Source: Ostrea edulis (lineage: Eukaryota). Taken from it: DNA of 64,000 nt. The translations under genes and the position numbers were made by a program. Positions 1 through 13,231 of this stretch are shown here, in pieces (position 1 is the first letter of the stretch; every line of letters begins with the position of its first letter). The stretch spans positions 26,784,001-26,848,000 of the forward strand of contig NC_079166.1 in the NCBI RefSeq assembly GCF_947568905.1. The letters are read 5' to 3'. The notes under the pieces were generated by a model that was not told where the DNA came from, made no database searches, and saw only the letters and a list, made by a program, of their open reading frames with translations.

Positions 1-116
1 TTCATACACTAGCAAAGTCATATAGGGCATAGCACAAACAAGACTTAATAATGATAAATATTGCTTTTGTAAATAATTCACTGCCTTGAAATATACTGAA
101 CAAATAATGTTATCAT

Positions 117-460
117 GTAGTTTGATATATAGCATTATACCTGTGAGATGACCTCGTTTGTTTCTGTAGTTTGATATATAGCATTATACCTGTGAGATGA
201 CCTCGTTTGTTTCTGTAGTTTGATATATAGCATTATACCTGTGAGATGACCTCGTTTGTTTCTGTAGTTTGATATATAGCATTATACCTGTGAGATGACC
301 TCGTTTGTTTCTGTAGTTTGATATATAGCATTATACCTGTGAGATGACCTCGTTTGTTTCTGTAGTTTGATATATAGCATTATACCTGTGAGATGTCATC
401 ATTTGTTTCTGTAGTATGAGATATAGCGTTATACCTGTGAGATGGCCTCGTTTGTTTCTG
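117..460. repeat. Intronic minisatellite, 49-bp unit, about 7 copies
   Basis: GTAGTTTGATATATAGCATTATACCTGTGAGATGACCTCGTTTGTTTCT recurs at 117, 166, 215, 264, 313, 362 and 411. Confidence 0.95.
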
Positions 461-651
461 TCGTGGGAATTAAACATCTGGGTATATTTTAATTTGCTGG
501 GATGTGGCAGTGCCATATTCCTAAAATATCAAATATCAACCATTGTTATGCCACACTACAAGAGAAAGTTAAAATAGACATTTCATTTCATTCAATAAAC
601 TATATTTACAATATTAAGAGTAAATCTGGCTCAAATTGAGAATATACAAAC

Positions 652-3600
652 CCTGCTGCCGGTGCAGGTGCTGGAGCTGGTTGTCCAAAGGAACCAGCTC
701 TTGATTTGTTAGCCAGCATCGCACCAGGTACTCCCACGGATGGTGGTACACCTTAAATATATACATAAATATATATAAACAGGTTATCTCCAATACATTT
801 GTGTACTATAAATGTTTGGAATCCACCAAATCTAGTCAATGATGTTTGACCATCATATCAAATCCTCAAATCATGTTTCTCAACCCAGCCCACTTACCCA
901 TCATGGGGACTCCATTAGTCATGATGGGCACGCCCATACTGCTAGGTGCTACCACAGTAGAGGCCATTCCCATCGCCGGCATTCCTAAATTACAGGAACA
1001 TTTTTGCTAATTTTTTACTTGTAAATATCCATGGATATTTCTAACAGGCAAATTAAGAGTTTGTTGACTTTATCATCTTTTCATTTTGGGCAATATTAAT
1101 CCTGAATTAACTGCACTACATGTAATTTTGAAAGAGTGACATCATACTTAGTACGCGTGATATTACAGATATATCGTAAACTTAGTACACATGTGATATT
1201 ACATATATATCGTACACTTAGTACACATGTGATATTACATATGTATCAAACACTTAGTACACATGTGATATTACATATATATCATACACTTAGTACACAT
1301 GTAATATTACATATATATCGTACACTTAGTAAACATGTGATATTACATATATATCGTACACTTAGTACACATGTATATATATCGTACACTTAGTACACGT
1401 GATATTACATATACAGTGGAACCCCGTTATTACGTTCCCCCTTTATTACGTTAGTCCGCATATTACGTTGGAATTTCAAAGCACAAAACCATTTCTTAAC
1501 AAACCTATATAAAATAGACCTCGTTATTACGTTGTCCTAAAATGCAGGGACTCGGTATTACGTTGTAAATATTCCGACAAAAACGTATTAAACCCCTAAT
1601 TATTCAATAGTGATTCTCAAAATAATAAGCCATTCACACCTTGACTGCCTGAGGCAGTCACCACGTAAATTTCCTGGTCTGTTTGGGGATTAGAGACGCT
1701 TGACTGATCATGCTTCGATAGATCTAGCGACATAATACAGGTGAATACCCCGTATAGAAGCCAGTGATAAACAATTAAATAATGTTTATTTAGAAATTGT
1801 ACTCTATGAAATTTACTTCATTTTTCATATTTTGATAATCAAAGAAATAATTTCTCATCCACCTGCGTGTTCAGCATAGTGTGATTACCTTCGCTATTAA
1901 AACTCTATTCACGGACAGCTTTGGTACCAAACAAGAAAGACAAAATTTATCGTAGCAATGTTACAACCGCTTGGGTAACTGTTTGGACATAGGTGACTAA
2001 AGGTGTTCAATTTAAAAAATTGTTCGTTGTTTGGACATGCAGTTTGTGTGTTCGTAAATCTCGTCCATACATACACCAATATATCGGCCGATTTGTGTAC
2101 AGCATTTACCTCAGTGAATATTTTAAAATCCCTTGATGCGCACGTGATTTTAGTGCCATCATTTAGCGTTATAAATGAAATCTTCGTACATCACTATACA
2201 TTTTTTTTATGTGGATTGCGCTTAAATTGTTCTCCGTGCATGTTTATCGTTGATGAGAAGTGTGCAAGTGTTGGGTATCGTGTGCGTTTTGTGTCTATAG
2301 TTTTGTTGTTTTTTGGGTGGGATTTTTTTATTGTGTTGTGTATTGTGTAATTAGAGAACTTAATAAAAACGATGTTTCGTTATTTTTTAATACGAATGTT
2401 GAATACGAACCGGAATGAGTTATTGAGAGAAATTTACATGAACGCATTGTTTTAAAGTTGAACAAAATGGCGGTCCAAACGAATGAAGAAAAAAAGCAAC
2501 GTCTATCAAAACATCCTTATGTATCCTACACCGAAATAAAGAAAAGGGATAAGAACATGAAGAATTACGGACATTAAAGATAAGATGTAACTAAAACAAA
2601 GTATCATAGTCTTTTAAACAAAGAAACAGTAAAGATATATTCACACACCCCTTCACGGAGTACCAACGGACGATATACAATTTCCAAATGGTATTTTTAA
2701 TGGATTTAACTGGGAACGTTTATTACGTTGCCCCCGGTATTACGTTATTTTATCGTGACAAAATGGAAAACGTAATAACGGGGTTCCACTGTATCTCGTA
2801 CACTTAGTACACATGATATTACATATATATTGTACACTTAGTACACATGTGATATTACATATATATCGTACCCATTCCCATCACAGGTTGTCCTGCCGTG
2901 GATATGGCACCAAACGATCCCATGGACGGCGAAGGGTCAGCTTTCAGTGATGGTGGAAGTGTTTTTGGAAGCTCAAATCCTTGCAGCTTCTTTTTTATTA
3001 AATGCATCGCTATTGAAAACTCTTTTTTGTCCATTTTGCCATCACTGTTCATGTCAGCTAGTTGCCTGGAAACACAGACAGAACATATTTGAATGTTATT
3101 ATGCACTGTTCAGCAAAACATTTCCTACCCACGTAACTTTCATGCTAACGCGGTGAAAAATAATTAGGCCCCATTATAGATTTGTCTCGCGTTATCTAGC
3201 TACTTTAAAGTCACAATACTTTTGTTGAACGGGTACAGTTTTAAATTTGCCCACACATAATATACATGTTAGTGAAATGGGTGAAAATAAAGTGAAGAGC
3301 AAAGACCCGCACTTAACAAAATACACAAACATATACATTATATAATTACATATACAATTCACCATGACATGATGAAAAATAACTATGAAATTGAAATTTA
3401 ACATCCACTGATAATTACTATCAGCTATGCACTAGATCTGTCCCACAACTATGGGGTATAAATAAACTCAGTCTAATTAAATTCAGATCTTCTCCAACTG
3501 TTAAACTGGAGAAGGTATAAAGGTTAGAGAAGATCTGATTTTGATTCGATTGAAATAATCTTAGAAAACATTATCCAATACCATCTCACAAATGTTTATG

Positions 3601-6600
3601 CAGTCAATAATTTCCTTTAAATGTAGGTTTATTGAACATGTTTTATCCCAAATCTGTGAGTGTCCTAGGTCCATGTTAAGTGGATATGACATTTCAAATC
3701 AGCGTTTCTTAAGTTGGAGAGGGTGGTTTGTGTCTCTGTGTCTTTGTTGCATGACAACCTTACCATATCTGCCCTAAAACAGCTGTTGGCAACCCCGACT
3801 GCAGGAAAAACCCTCTCGCTTGTTCTCCTGTGAAAATCAACAACAATCTCTTAGATAAAGAACTTAGTCTACATGTAAAAGATTAGCCAGCTTATCTTGA
3901 AATTCTGTTAAAACCTTTACTGAATTCACAAGCACCTGCTGCTGTTGACAGGTTTGGGGAGTTTCTAGTTAAAAACCTTTACTGAATTCACAAGCACCTG
4001 CTGCTGTTGTCAGGTTTGGGAAGTCTCTTGTTAAAAACCTTTACTGAATTCACAAGCACCTGCTGCTGTTGTCAGGTTTGGGGAGTTTCTTGGTTATTGC
4101 TTGGAATTGCCAGGTTATCTAAACATATAACCGGTTTTTGTAGCAGTCATCCCTTGCTACTAAAATCACACTTAATACATGTACAACAGACTGTTCCTTT
4201 AATTCCAATTTTGTAAATGTATTCAAGCTAGTCTCCGAATTAACTGATGTGTACTGTACTTGACATCAACATGTAAAAGAAATTATGACAGCTCTAGTGC
4301 TGTCAAGATTAAACGAAAAGTCGGTAAACTGCAACAAAAACACATTCAGTTCAGTTCATATTTTCCAAATTTCCGTTTGGTTTATGTTTCACAATATCCC
4401 ATTTTCTTTGCTGCAAGCGATACGTTTGGGTCGATATTTTTATCATTATTATTCTAACCAATGAAATATGAATTTCATGTAACATCGGTAATAGTAAAAC
4501 GAAACATTGTGACATGTGCAAATCACAAGGTGAAAATACTTTTAATTATTCTTAGAAGGGGAGAGACAGAAATTTTTAAATTGCAGTGTGCAAAATATGC
4601 AAGTTCGAGTTTACGTATGCATTAGGATCGCGGTAACTCAGTGGTATAGAGTGTTAACTTTGTGACTGGGAGATCGTGCATTCCAGCCCCACTCAAACCC
4701 GAGACATGATTGCTCCATCACCAAATGCAGAACATTCAAAGGTGAAATTAAGTCACAGGTTTTTTCGGAATATGACCTTAAAAACAGAGGTCCCATGTCG
4801 CTAAAGGCACTGACAAGTTTAAGAACCCTTACTGTTACAGGCCTGAGCACCATGCATTGGTCTAACCTTGCTGTACCTAACCTACAGCTTATAGCCAAAT
4901 ATAAACATGGTCAAAACTCTTCAGAGCTTATGTTGCCTATTGCATTGTACATATTAGCTTTGTCTTAAAATAAATATCATTTACCTATTGCTATTTTGTT
5001 ATTAAAATTTGTATAGATCAAAATGCATTAGAAATTTATAACGAATACTAATCACTTCAGGGTCCACATTATTCTTGAATTCACTAACGTATTTTATCAC
5101 ACAAAATAAAACCGAACCAACAAATAACAAGATTTTGTTTCCTGGCATGGATTTCTCAAAATAATCTTATGTCGAAACTTGCACTTACTCAAATTTTGAC
5201 TACTCAAGTGAAGTAAACTCAAACTTAAGTTTGTAATGAGATTTTTTCGAGAAATCCAAGCCTGCCCAGATCTGAACCAGAATTGTGCGAATCACGACAG
5301 CCGTACACAGCCTGAACCAGAATTGTGTGAATCACGACAGCCATACACAGCCTGAACAGATCTGAACCAGAATTGTGTGAATCATGACAGCCGTACACAG
5401 CCCGAGCTTTCACTAACTTCTTACCTGTAATGAAGCCATTGACAGGCTTAAGCTGGAAGAACTGCGAGTCATGCTTAGCACGATCTTCACCTGTTATCTT
5501 CCAGGCTGCTGCCCCTGGAAATTAAAATTAAACCATATCAAATTAACTTACTAACCGACGCAAAGGGCTTGTTAGAATTAGTCTGGGCTAGAAAAAATTG
5601 TCTCAAAAAAATAGCCCCTGCATGGGCTTAAGAAGAATTACGATAGAAAACGGGAATTATAGCCAAAAAAACTATGATTGAATTCACTTTTCCTTCCCAA
5701 ACAAACTATGATCGCGTTAACTTTTCCTTCCATTACCATGTCACTATAACACTTGTTACTTTGACTAGATAACACTGTTGTTGAAAAGCATTTTAGCGAG
5801 TGTGAATATTGTATTCACGGAAATCTTCACCCCCATATCATTTTGCCCCTTTCGCCCCCTCGACGGTGGGCAAATTTAAGACTAGATAAAACTGTCTTCA
5901 CATCTTCGTTTTAACACAATATTTAAAATGAGACGAAACCGTCTGCAAGTGTTGAGAGGTGAAAATAACGGGGTGAAATAATCCTGTATATATACAGCAT
6001 GTCACAGACCTACAACATGAATGCCTTTAAAAGTCAAGTGTGGTGTCGAAGCAAAACATAGGGATGGAAATGAAACTATTGTAAAAGTGGTTACTTACAC
6101 TGGGGGTTAAGTACACGTTTTCCACGACCAACATTACACAGGAGGAGGGGGGGGGGGGATACGCATTAATTTAACTCAATATAATATATATATTATACCA
6201 AATATTCATAACAACTATACGCATGGGGGAAATTTACACACTTCTTTTAGACCGCATTATTAGCGTAAATTTCCCTCATATGTAAATAGTCACTTATACA
6301 GTAAAAACAAGTATAAGATATATGAGGAGAAATTAACCTTTTAAATGTGGCTTTCATATGATGGTAACTTGGACCTAATGGTTTGCACACTGTGTAGCAA
6401 AAAAAAACAAACACCCTGACTTAGCGAATATTGAAACAAAATAATAGGATGATGCCACATTATTCTGATTTTTTATTTGATTTTTCTGGGATAGTAAGAA
6501 TGACAAATCCATTAGCCCTATGGGCTTGTGGCTTAGGAAATTTTTTCAAGATTGACTGTACTGGAAAGTTAAAACACAAAGCCTGGTGAAATAACCACTG

Positions 6601-8427
6601 TGAACTTAATGTGTAGGGGATCTGTAGTGAGACCCTTTAATATGATCAAGGGGTTTGTCACTTCACCAGGTTGAGTGGTTCAATGCCATCTGTGTTTGCC
6701 TTAATTGCTATGATTACAGATCTATTGTCTGATTTGAATATTAGTAGGTAAAACATAGACTTACAGGGAAAGGCAACCCAACAGATTTATACATGATAAA
6801 TGATAGGATTAATTATATGATTAAGATTTGTCATACTATTCTGTTGAAATACGGCCTAGATAAGCGTCAGTATTAATTTGAAAAAGTTAAAAATTGAAAT
6901 TCCTGCGATCTATAGAGGCTGCCATGATGTGTAACTCTTTTCTGTTCAAGACCACAAAAATCAATAATTTTGACGTCACACCGTCTGTTCCGGTTTTGAT
7001 GAGATTCTAAGATCATCAAAGATATGCATGTGGTAGATCTTACGAATAAATAGGTTGATGCCTTCCTGTTAAGCAGTTAATTAGACACTAATGCAAAAGG
7101 GAGATGTGAAAAGAGGTTTTTTTTTCAAAATTCTCGACCCAACCAAGTCATTTGAAAAGAAAAGACTATGTAAACTGTGGATCCATCATTTGCGTAATGA
7201 CAATTTGAGGTTCAAAACATTTGTATGAAGAAATGTTTACCGTCTGCCTGGTTTGCGACTCGACCGAACGTCTTTTCTCAATTTCTTCTTGCGAAAGAAC
7301 AAGCTCAAATCTATATGGCTAAAAACTTAACTGTTCGTGACTTGTCATGTTTACAGTGCTACTGAAGAAATAAACCAGAACAGACGGTGTGATGTTATAA
7401 ACTACACATCAATAGCCGCTCTCTTAGCAGCGGGTAATTTAAAATACATGATAGATTAATATTGATTTAATTGTTAAGCAAGGATTTTTGTAAGACTGTA
7501 ATTCACGATATCAGTAAGTGATACTTTATTCATAAAAACAACAATGTGATTAAGGCTGCTTTTCCCTTTAAAAGTAACTAATTTGAATTGTTAACAAAAA
7601 AAGAAACATAATACAATTCTTACGGCGTAAGTTTGAAAAGCGTTAAATTCATTTTTCTGGTGTAATATAGTTTAAAGTAATGTGTGAAAGAATTATGCCA
7701 GAAGCAAAGGGGTAGACAGCTTTTTGTATGAGAAATGCCATTCCCCCAAAAAGTCTTTTATCATTACGAATTTAACCTTGTGACATATATGACCTTCAAA
7801 AGACTCTGACATCTAATTTGTGAGTTAATTGTGGTTTCACAAGGAGATGAAAATCAACCTTTTAACTTCAAAGATGAGAATTTTTTCCTGTTGTTTTGTA
7901 AATGCTAATTGTGAAATAGATTCAACATGTTGTTCATAATGATAAAAAATTCTAGCACATCTGATTTCGATCAGGAAAAAGAGAGAGGAAAAAAACGGAT
8001 TAATCCAAAAATTTACTGTATGACGGCATGTCATACAAGTATATCATTCAAACACTTAAATAGCTTACATTTTGGTGCTTGAAAATTACTTAAATATGAA
8101 ATATACCTACTTCTTTTTGCTGTTAACAATTTAGAAAGACAATTGTGATAATCATACATGCAGCTTTGAAATAACTTTGCTTGCCTTTTTTTAAGATCAA
8201 TGTAACACATAGACTGCACTTTTACAAGAGGTGCACTGCCATAAAAAAAAAAACACTCCACAATAACCATTTGTTTCTTTAAACAACCTAACAATGAACA
8301 AGCGCCTCCTTACACATTTTGATAAATGATGACACATTTTCAACAATTCCTTTGGAATCATTATAAGTAGGGCCTGTCAGCTTTCTGATCATTTCTTATA
8401 TATAAACTCACCAGCCGCTGCTGCCAT
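652..8427 (-). CDS. ITSN1: Intersectin (EH-domain endocytic scaffold), 5' part only; gene continues beyond the left edge. Coding exons (minus): 8412-8427, 5425-5514, 3764-3827, 2872-3065, 898-984, 652-751
   Basis: Spliced translation [97 protein letters not shown]... matches the first EH domain of intersectins (human WAITVEERAKHDQQF...GDQARNFFFQSGLP...LAQIW.LAD.N.DG.MD..EFSIAM.LIK.KLQG..LP..LPP), followed by an M/G/P-rich linker. All junctions are GT-AG with consistent phases (1,1,2,1,1). The donor at 651 is the least certain. ITSN1 versus ITSN2 cannot be distinguished; invertebrates usually have one gene. Confidence 0.93.
1145..2871. repeat. 36-bp minisatellite in ITSN intron 4, split by a transposon (arms 1145-1413 and 2792-2871)
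   Basis: Unit CTTAGTACACATGTGATATTACATATATATCGTACA. It explains the 12-aa repeat ORF at 1136-1393. Confidence 0.9.
1414..2791. mobile_element. Non-autonomous Tc1/mariner (pogo/Tigger-like) DNA transposon, 1378 bp
   Basis: TIR CAGTGGAACCCCGTTATTACGTT / AACGTAATAACGGGGTTCCACTG, TA duplication at 1412-1413 and 2792-2793, repeated subterminal TATTACGTT motifs. No transposase ORF recognised. Confidence 0.9.
3907..4092. repeat. Minisatellite, about 61-62 bp unit, 3 copies
   Basis: GTTAAAACCTTTACTGAATTCACAAGCACCTGCTGCTGTTG... starts at 3907, 3968 and 4030. Confidence 0.9.
4625..4895 (+). mobile_element. Degenerate tRNA-headed SINE with a Deu/Nin-like body
   Basis: A-box-like GGTAACTCAGTGGTATAGAG head, then TTCGGAATATGACCTTAAAAACAGAGGTCCCATGTC, homologous to the body of the other SINE copies in the window. 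Confidence 0.6.
5142..5264. mobile_element. Small MITE-like inverted-repeat element (about 123 bp)
   Basis: Imperfect IR of about 40 bp: CTGGCATGGATTTCTCAAAA... / ...TTTTCGAGAAATCCAAGCCTG. No TSD recognised. Confidence 0.5.
5267..5403. repeat. About 40-bp minisatellite, 3 copies, close to the ITSN exon 2 donor
   Basis: CTGAACCAGAATTGTG(C/T)GAATCA(C/T)GACAGCC(G/A)TACACAGC starts at 5272, 5312 and 5362. Confidence 0.9.
6972..7398. mobile_element. Old TIR element remnant
   Basis: 26-bp inverted pair TGACGTCACACCGTCTGTTCCGGTTT / AAACCAGAACAGACGGTGTGATGTTA about 375 bp apart, with more diverged inverted similarity extending outward. Ends are uncertain. Confidence 0.45.
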
Positions 8428-9183
8428 CTTGGTTCTCCGATATCAGAATAACTGTTCTTATCTCCACGCAAACTATAATAAAACAAAATATTAAATAAAT
8501 TCATATATCTAAAATCAAACTAAAAATATACCTACACCAAACTTCCATCATTATCATTAAAATCCTAGTATAAATTGTACCGTGGTTATGTAACATGTTT
8601 TGATTGACTTGTTATATTAACAGGTCTGCAGGTCATTAATGCTCCAATCACAACCGCAAATCAAGACCTGCAATCACACTAAATCTGTTAATCAAACTCA
8701 AACTCCTACAGCACAATGCTACAATTGCAGTTTGTATTATATGATGTTTTTTGTTTTTTTTCTGCTACATCTCTTTGAGATGTGATAGTTGATTTATACT
8801 GATGAGTGATGATGCACTACATTAATAACTGAACACACATTGCATCATGTTGGTCAGATTCAGCTGTTTTACTGAGAGTCGACTCTTCAGTACAGTTCAT
8901 TAACACACTGTCCAGGAAACGTGTAACAAATCAGATACAAGATATGGAACGACACACATTACCAAGTATAGATTTTCTGTCTTTGAAATCTCTCTCATGA
9001 ATTATGATATATCTGTTTAGAATTTATTTCAATTTTAGTATCCAATTTCCGTGGTTCATTCATTCACCAGACAATTATCTCTAAAGTTCTCAACAAGTCT
9101 CAGTAGAAGGACATGGAAACTATCAGTAAGACAATAATGGAAATGGATAGGTCATGTTCTACTTAAAAAAACTGACAGCATAG

Positions 9184-10970
9184 CCAAGATTGTCCTTCTC
9201 TCACAACAAAACCAAGATCTCCCTTCTCTCACAGCATAACTAAGATCTCCCTTCTCTCACAGCATAACTAAGATTGCCCTTCTCTGACAGTATAACCTAG
9301 ATTGCCCTTCTTTCACAGCATAACTAAGATTGCCCTTCTCCGACAGTATAACCATGATCTTCCTTTTCTCACAGCATAACTAAGATTGCCATTCTCTGAC
9401 AGTATAACCAAGATCTCCCTTCTCTCACAGCATAACTAAGATTGCCCTTCTCTGACAGTATAACCAAGATCGCCCTTCGCTCACAGCATGACTAAGATTG
9501 CCCTTCTCTGATAGTATAACCAAGTTTGCCCTTCTCTCACAGTATAACTAAGATTGCCCTTCTCTGACAGTATAACCAAGATCGCCCTTCTCTCACAGCA
9601 TAACTAAGATTGCCCTTCTCTGACAGCAGGGCTCAAAATTAGCGAGAAATACTCGCAAAATGCGAGTACATTTGAAAAATAGCGAGTAAAAATAGTGGAC
9701 ACTCGAAAATCTTAGCGAGTGGTGATTTACAAACCATGATCGTATTGTATCCGTTTTATATGGTGATGCGCTATTCGCCTTTCTTAAACTTTCATTCAGA
9801 ATCATACAAACACTTACATGAACGACCGATTTCAACAACCGTTTCTATCCGGATTTTTCTTTTATGATTTTTTAAGAAACTCGGAGTCAAACAAATGCTT
9901 TAGAGGTCGGACATCACATTATGATGAAAAATATCGACATGTGCCACGAGTCCTGTTCACCTATAGGGGTGATTAAATTGAATTCCAAGTATGAGGTTTT
10001 TGTTATTCATTTATCTTTTAAAAAATTCAGAGTCTATGTTTCACCAAGTCTTCCGGAAGTCATTTTTATCAGAATGACCTACATGGTATCTACATTAATT
10101 TATTGTCATATTGTCTTACTGATGTCGGGTTGTAGTGATGATATGAGTGCACTGCTCGGCGCGTAGACCATCATCAAAAAAGTCCATGGGACTCATGATC
10201 GTGCTGCTTATAAACCATGAGTCCGGGATTCGCTTTGAAAAATCACTAATGACACCCCTGATGTGGCATGAAATTGGAAGACAATGGATCTAGACCTGCG
10301 GTAAACAGGTTGTGGATTAGAGGTGCGATGGTCAAGAGACCTAAACATTGCACCATATGACTTACGTAACTTAGTCTCTTGTCCAAACGATTCCTGTTGA
10401 CCCACTAGGATCAATGATGGGGAAAATCATTGATTTAAAAAAAACTATGAAAAAAAGAGCACTGCTTCATTATTCTTATTTTAGCTTGTAGGTTTTCATT
10501 TTAGCCTGTGTATTTTTTACCCACAGACTAAAATTAGACTGTGGTAGAAAAAGTTAATTTCGACCCCTGGACAGTATAACCAAGATCGCCCTTTGCTCAC
10601 AGCATAACTAAGATTGCCCTTCTCTGACAGTATAACCAAGTTCGCCCTTCTCTCACAGCATAACTAAGATTGCCCTTCCCTGACAGTATAACCAAGATCT
10701 CCCTTCTCTCACAGCATAACTAAGATTGCCCTTCTCTGACATTATAACCAAGATCTCCCTTCTCTCACAGCATTTAACTAAGATTGCCCTTCTCTGACAG
10801 TATAACCAAGATCTCCCTTCTCTCACAGCATTTAACTAAGATTGCCCTTCTCTGACAGTATAACCAAGATCACCCTTCTCTTACAGCATAACCAAGTTTG
10901 CCCTTCTCTCAGAGCATAACTAAGACTGCCCTTCTCTGACAGCATAACCAACTGAAGATAGCCTTCTCTG
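9184..10970. repeat. 28-bp minisatellite with alternating A/B variants (56-bp higher-order unit), split by a transposon
   Basis: CCCTTCTCTCACAGCATAACTAAGATTG alternates with CCCTTCTCTGACAGTATAACCAAGATCT on both sides of 9627-10569. Confidence 0.92.
9627..10569. mobile_element. Non-autonomous DNA transposon with CAGGG termini and a 5-bp TSD (hAT5-like), 943 bp
   Basis: CAGGGCTCAAAATTAGC / GTTAATTTCGACCCCTG imperfect TIR. GACAG is duplicated at 9622-9626 and 10570-10574, and the repeat unit shows the empty site. Confidence 0.85.
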
Positions 10971-11242
10971 GACATACAAAGACACTTTTAACAATATCAA
11001 CACAATCGCCCTTCTCAGTCTTCAAAATCAGCCACTGGCTCAAATACCAAATGAAGTAATACTGGAGTTAGGATTATTATATCATTACATATACAAGACC
11101 ATCAGGCCTGTGTTTTTCATCTACATCACTGACTTCATGCTAAAACTATATTACCATAAATTCAAATGGAGTGATGATTCATAATCAATATTAAAGATGG
11201 TGATCCTATATCACTTAAATTGAACTAATTTTGACTAAAACC

Positions 11243-11323
11243 CACAGGCAATATATTACATCGCTTGGGTTCAAATTTACTCTTTAATAATAAATTCGAA
11301 CCCGAGCAATATAACTGCCTGTG
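11243..11323. repeat. About 80-bp imperfect palindrome (probable MITE core)
   Basis: CACAGGCAATATATTACATCGCTTGGGTTCAAATTTA / TAAATTCGAACCCGAGCAATATAACTGCCTGTG. Confidence 0.6.
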
Positions 11324-13011
11324 CTAAAACCCTCTCAATGATTTCATGTACTCTCAAAACTGGAGAAAATAATACTTTATGTTTGATTTGAGTCAGTGAA
11401 TTTCTCTTTCAAATTGATAGAGTAAATAGTCCAGACATAAAAAGACACAAAGCTCCAAAAAGTTTTCCATGAAGACTGTCTTCTCTGGATATTGGAGAGA
11501 ATTCTTACAGTATAACCCAGAGGGACCCCAGCAGCGTAATGAAAACCGGAAACACACTGCTGCTCTACATACCAAATGTAGTGAGGCAGTTCAAAGTACA
11601 TCAGAATCCATCGTCCTCACTGTCTTGCTGTCCTACTTTAATTGTGAAAATACACCTGTTACCCTGCTTTAAGATATGCGTTGACAATAAAATTGTAAAA
11701 AAAAAAAAAAAAAAAAAAAAACAGCTAGAAGTCAGCTTTTACAGCATGCAGAAAATGTAAATAACAGGAAAGTTCCCAAATTTTCCATATCAAAAACAAA
11801 ATGGAGAAATTCTGTATTCTTTTGCAGCGATTAAGTGTAAAATTCAATCATTACTCCAAAGTGAATTTGATACTAGGACTTCTCAAAACATATCACACCT
11901 ATGGTTCACTATAATCATGATAATACTTCACAGTCCTGAATGATAAATATCTGTTTGATTAAGATACGATAACCTTTAGGCACACCATAGATACAGTTAC
12001 TTTTTCACTGCGACTGTTTTCATTCTACTAACAAGAAAATAACACAGGCATCCAAGTTTATGAACCTAAGTTTGCACATAATTAAATATTTTCTAACAAA
12101 ATGAAAGTGAACAAGATGCCATGCAAATTCACAAATAATGGACAGACAGACTCACGAACACTTACAGACAGACAAAATAAAGTTTCAATGTTGCTATGCT
12201 TTGTAAGCACATAAAAATGAAGCACATAAACCTATACAAATGATCAGAATTATTACACAAGTTTTAAAAACTCATCTTGTATACAGATACAAACACTTGA
12301 ACTTTGAACATATTCACATTTCTTAGAATTGATAGATAGTACTGACATTGAAGATTTGATGAAAATTCTGTCATGGACAATATATGGTTAGATAAAAAGT
12401 ATGTAATTGTAATTCTGAATTTGATTTGCCAACCCCAAGACTTTCTCAACTTTTAAGAGCTAGTACAAATAGTCAACTGACCTGTGTTGTGCCAAAATAA
12501 AGAAAGAAAGGAAGGAATCCTGTTAACTTCAGGAAAATGAACCACAAGATTGGGCACATTGTGTTGCAGTAAATTACAAGGTTTTATTTTCATGGTAAAA
12601 TTCTGGCCTGACCTTTAGGACTTGAACAAATTTAAATCATAACGCTCAGTGCAAGAGCTTGAAGTTGCATTTGCGACCCAAAAATTTATATTTTGCAACT
12701 AGAAATTAAATGTAAGTTACATTTCACAGCATAACCAAGATGGATAGATATATAGACATTAGTGGACAATTGGGAAAAAAATATTAATAAATTATCGGAT
12801 GCGCCTTTTCAATTGATTAATCGAAAAATAATCAAATTTCATTCATTTAAAATTTATGGCATAAATATTACACTTTACTTTTTACCCTAAATATCATCTC
12901 AATTAGAATAAATTCATTAGAAATGAGAAGTTAATAATCCCATACTTTCTATTTTGATTTTTGTTTTCCCTGGATAAGGATAGATCTCTTGACTTTTATT
13001 GTTGTTCTTAT

Positions 13012-13231
13012 GGGATGTGGGTTAGAATAGGGCCTCAGTACCCTTTGCTTGTCGTAAGAGGCAAAATCCGAGGCTCCGTGTCATAGCAGGTGTGGCACGA
13101 TAAAGACCCCCTCCCTGTTCAAAAGCTGTAAGCGCCGAGCATAGGCCTAAATTTTGCAGCCTTCACCGACAATGGTGACGTCTCCATATGAGAAAAAGAT
13201 TCTCGATGGGGACATTAAACAATATTCAATC
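13012..13231 (+). mobile_element. SINE, Deu/Nin-like family without a tRNA head (internally deleted copy)
   Basis: GGGTTAGAATAGGGCCTCAGTACC...GCTTGTCGTAAGAGGC...GTGTCATAGCAGGTGTGGCACGATAAAGAC...GCGCCGAGCATAGGCCTAAATTTTGCAGCC...AAACAATATTCAATC. The same family occurs at 31833, 41962, 45932, 47754 and 59371. Confidence 0.85.

Noticed and set aside
331-516. 61-aa ORF
   Set aside because: Lies in the 49-bp minisatellite inside an ITSN intron, with no protein-like features.
1136-1393. 85-aa ORF with [12 protein letters not shown] repeats
   Set aside because: Translation of a 36-bp tandem unit, antisense within an intron.
2003-2350. 115-aa ORF inside the Tc1-type element as a possible transposase
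   Set aside because: No HTH or DDE/D motifs on either strand that I could recognise. The element is treated as non-autonomous.
2898-3156. Plus-strand ORFs 2898-3092 and 2947-3156
   Set aside because: Antisense shadows of ITSN exon 4. The same applies to 28171-28386, 34200-34421, 36896-37126 and 55892-56113 over other real exons.
9184-10970. Regular 28-bp repeats as a CRISPR array
   Set aside because: Units are contiguous with no unique spacers, there are no cas genes, and the context is eukaryotic and intronic. The same holds for all arrays in the window.
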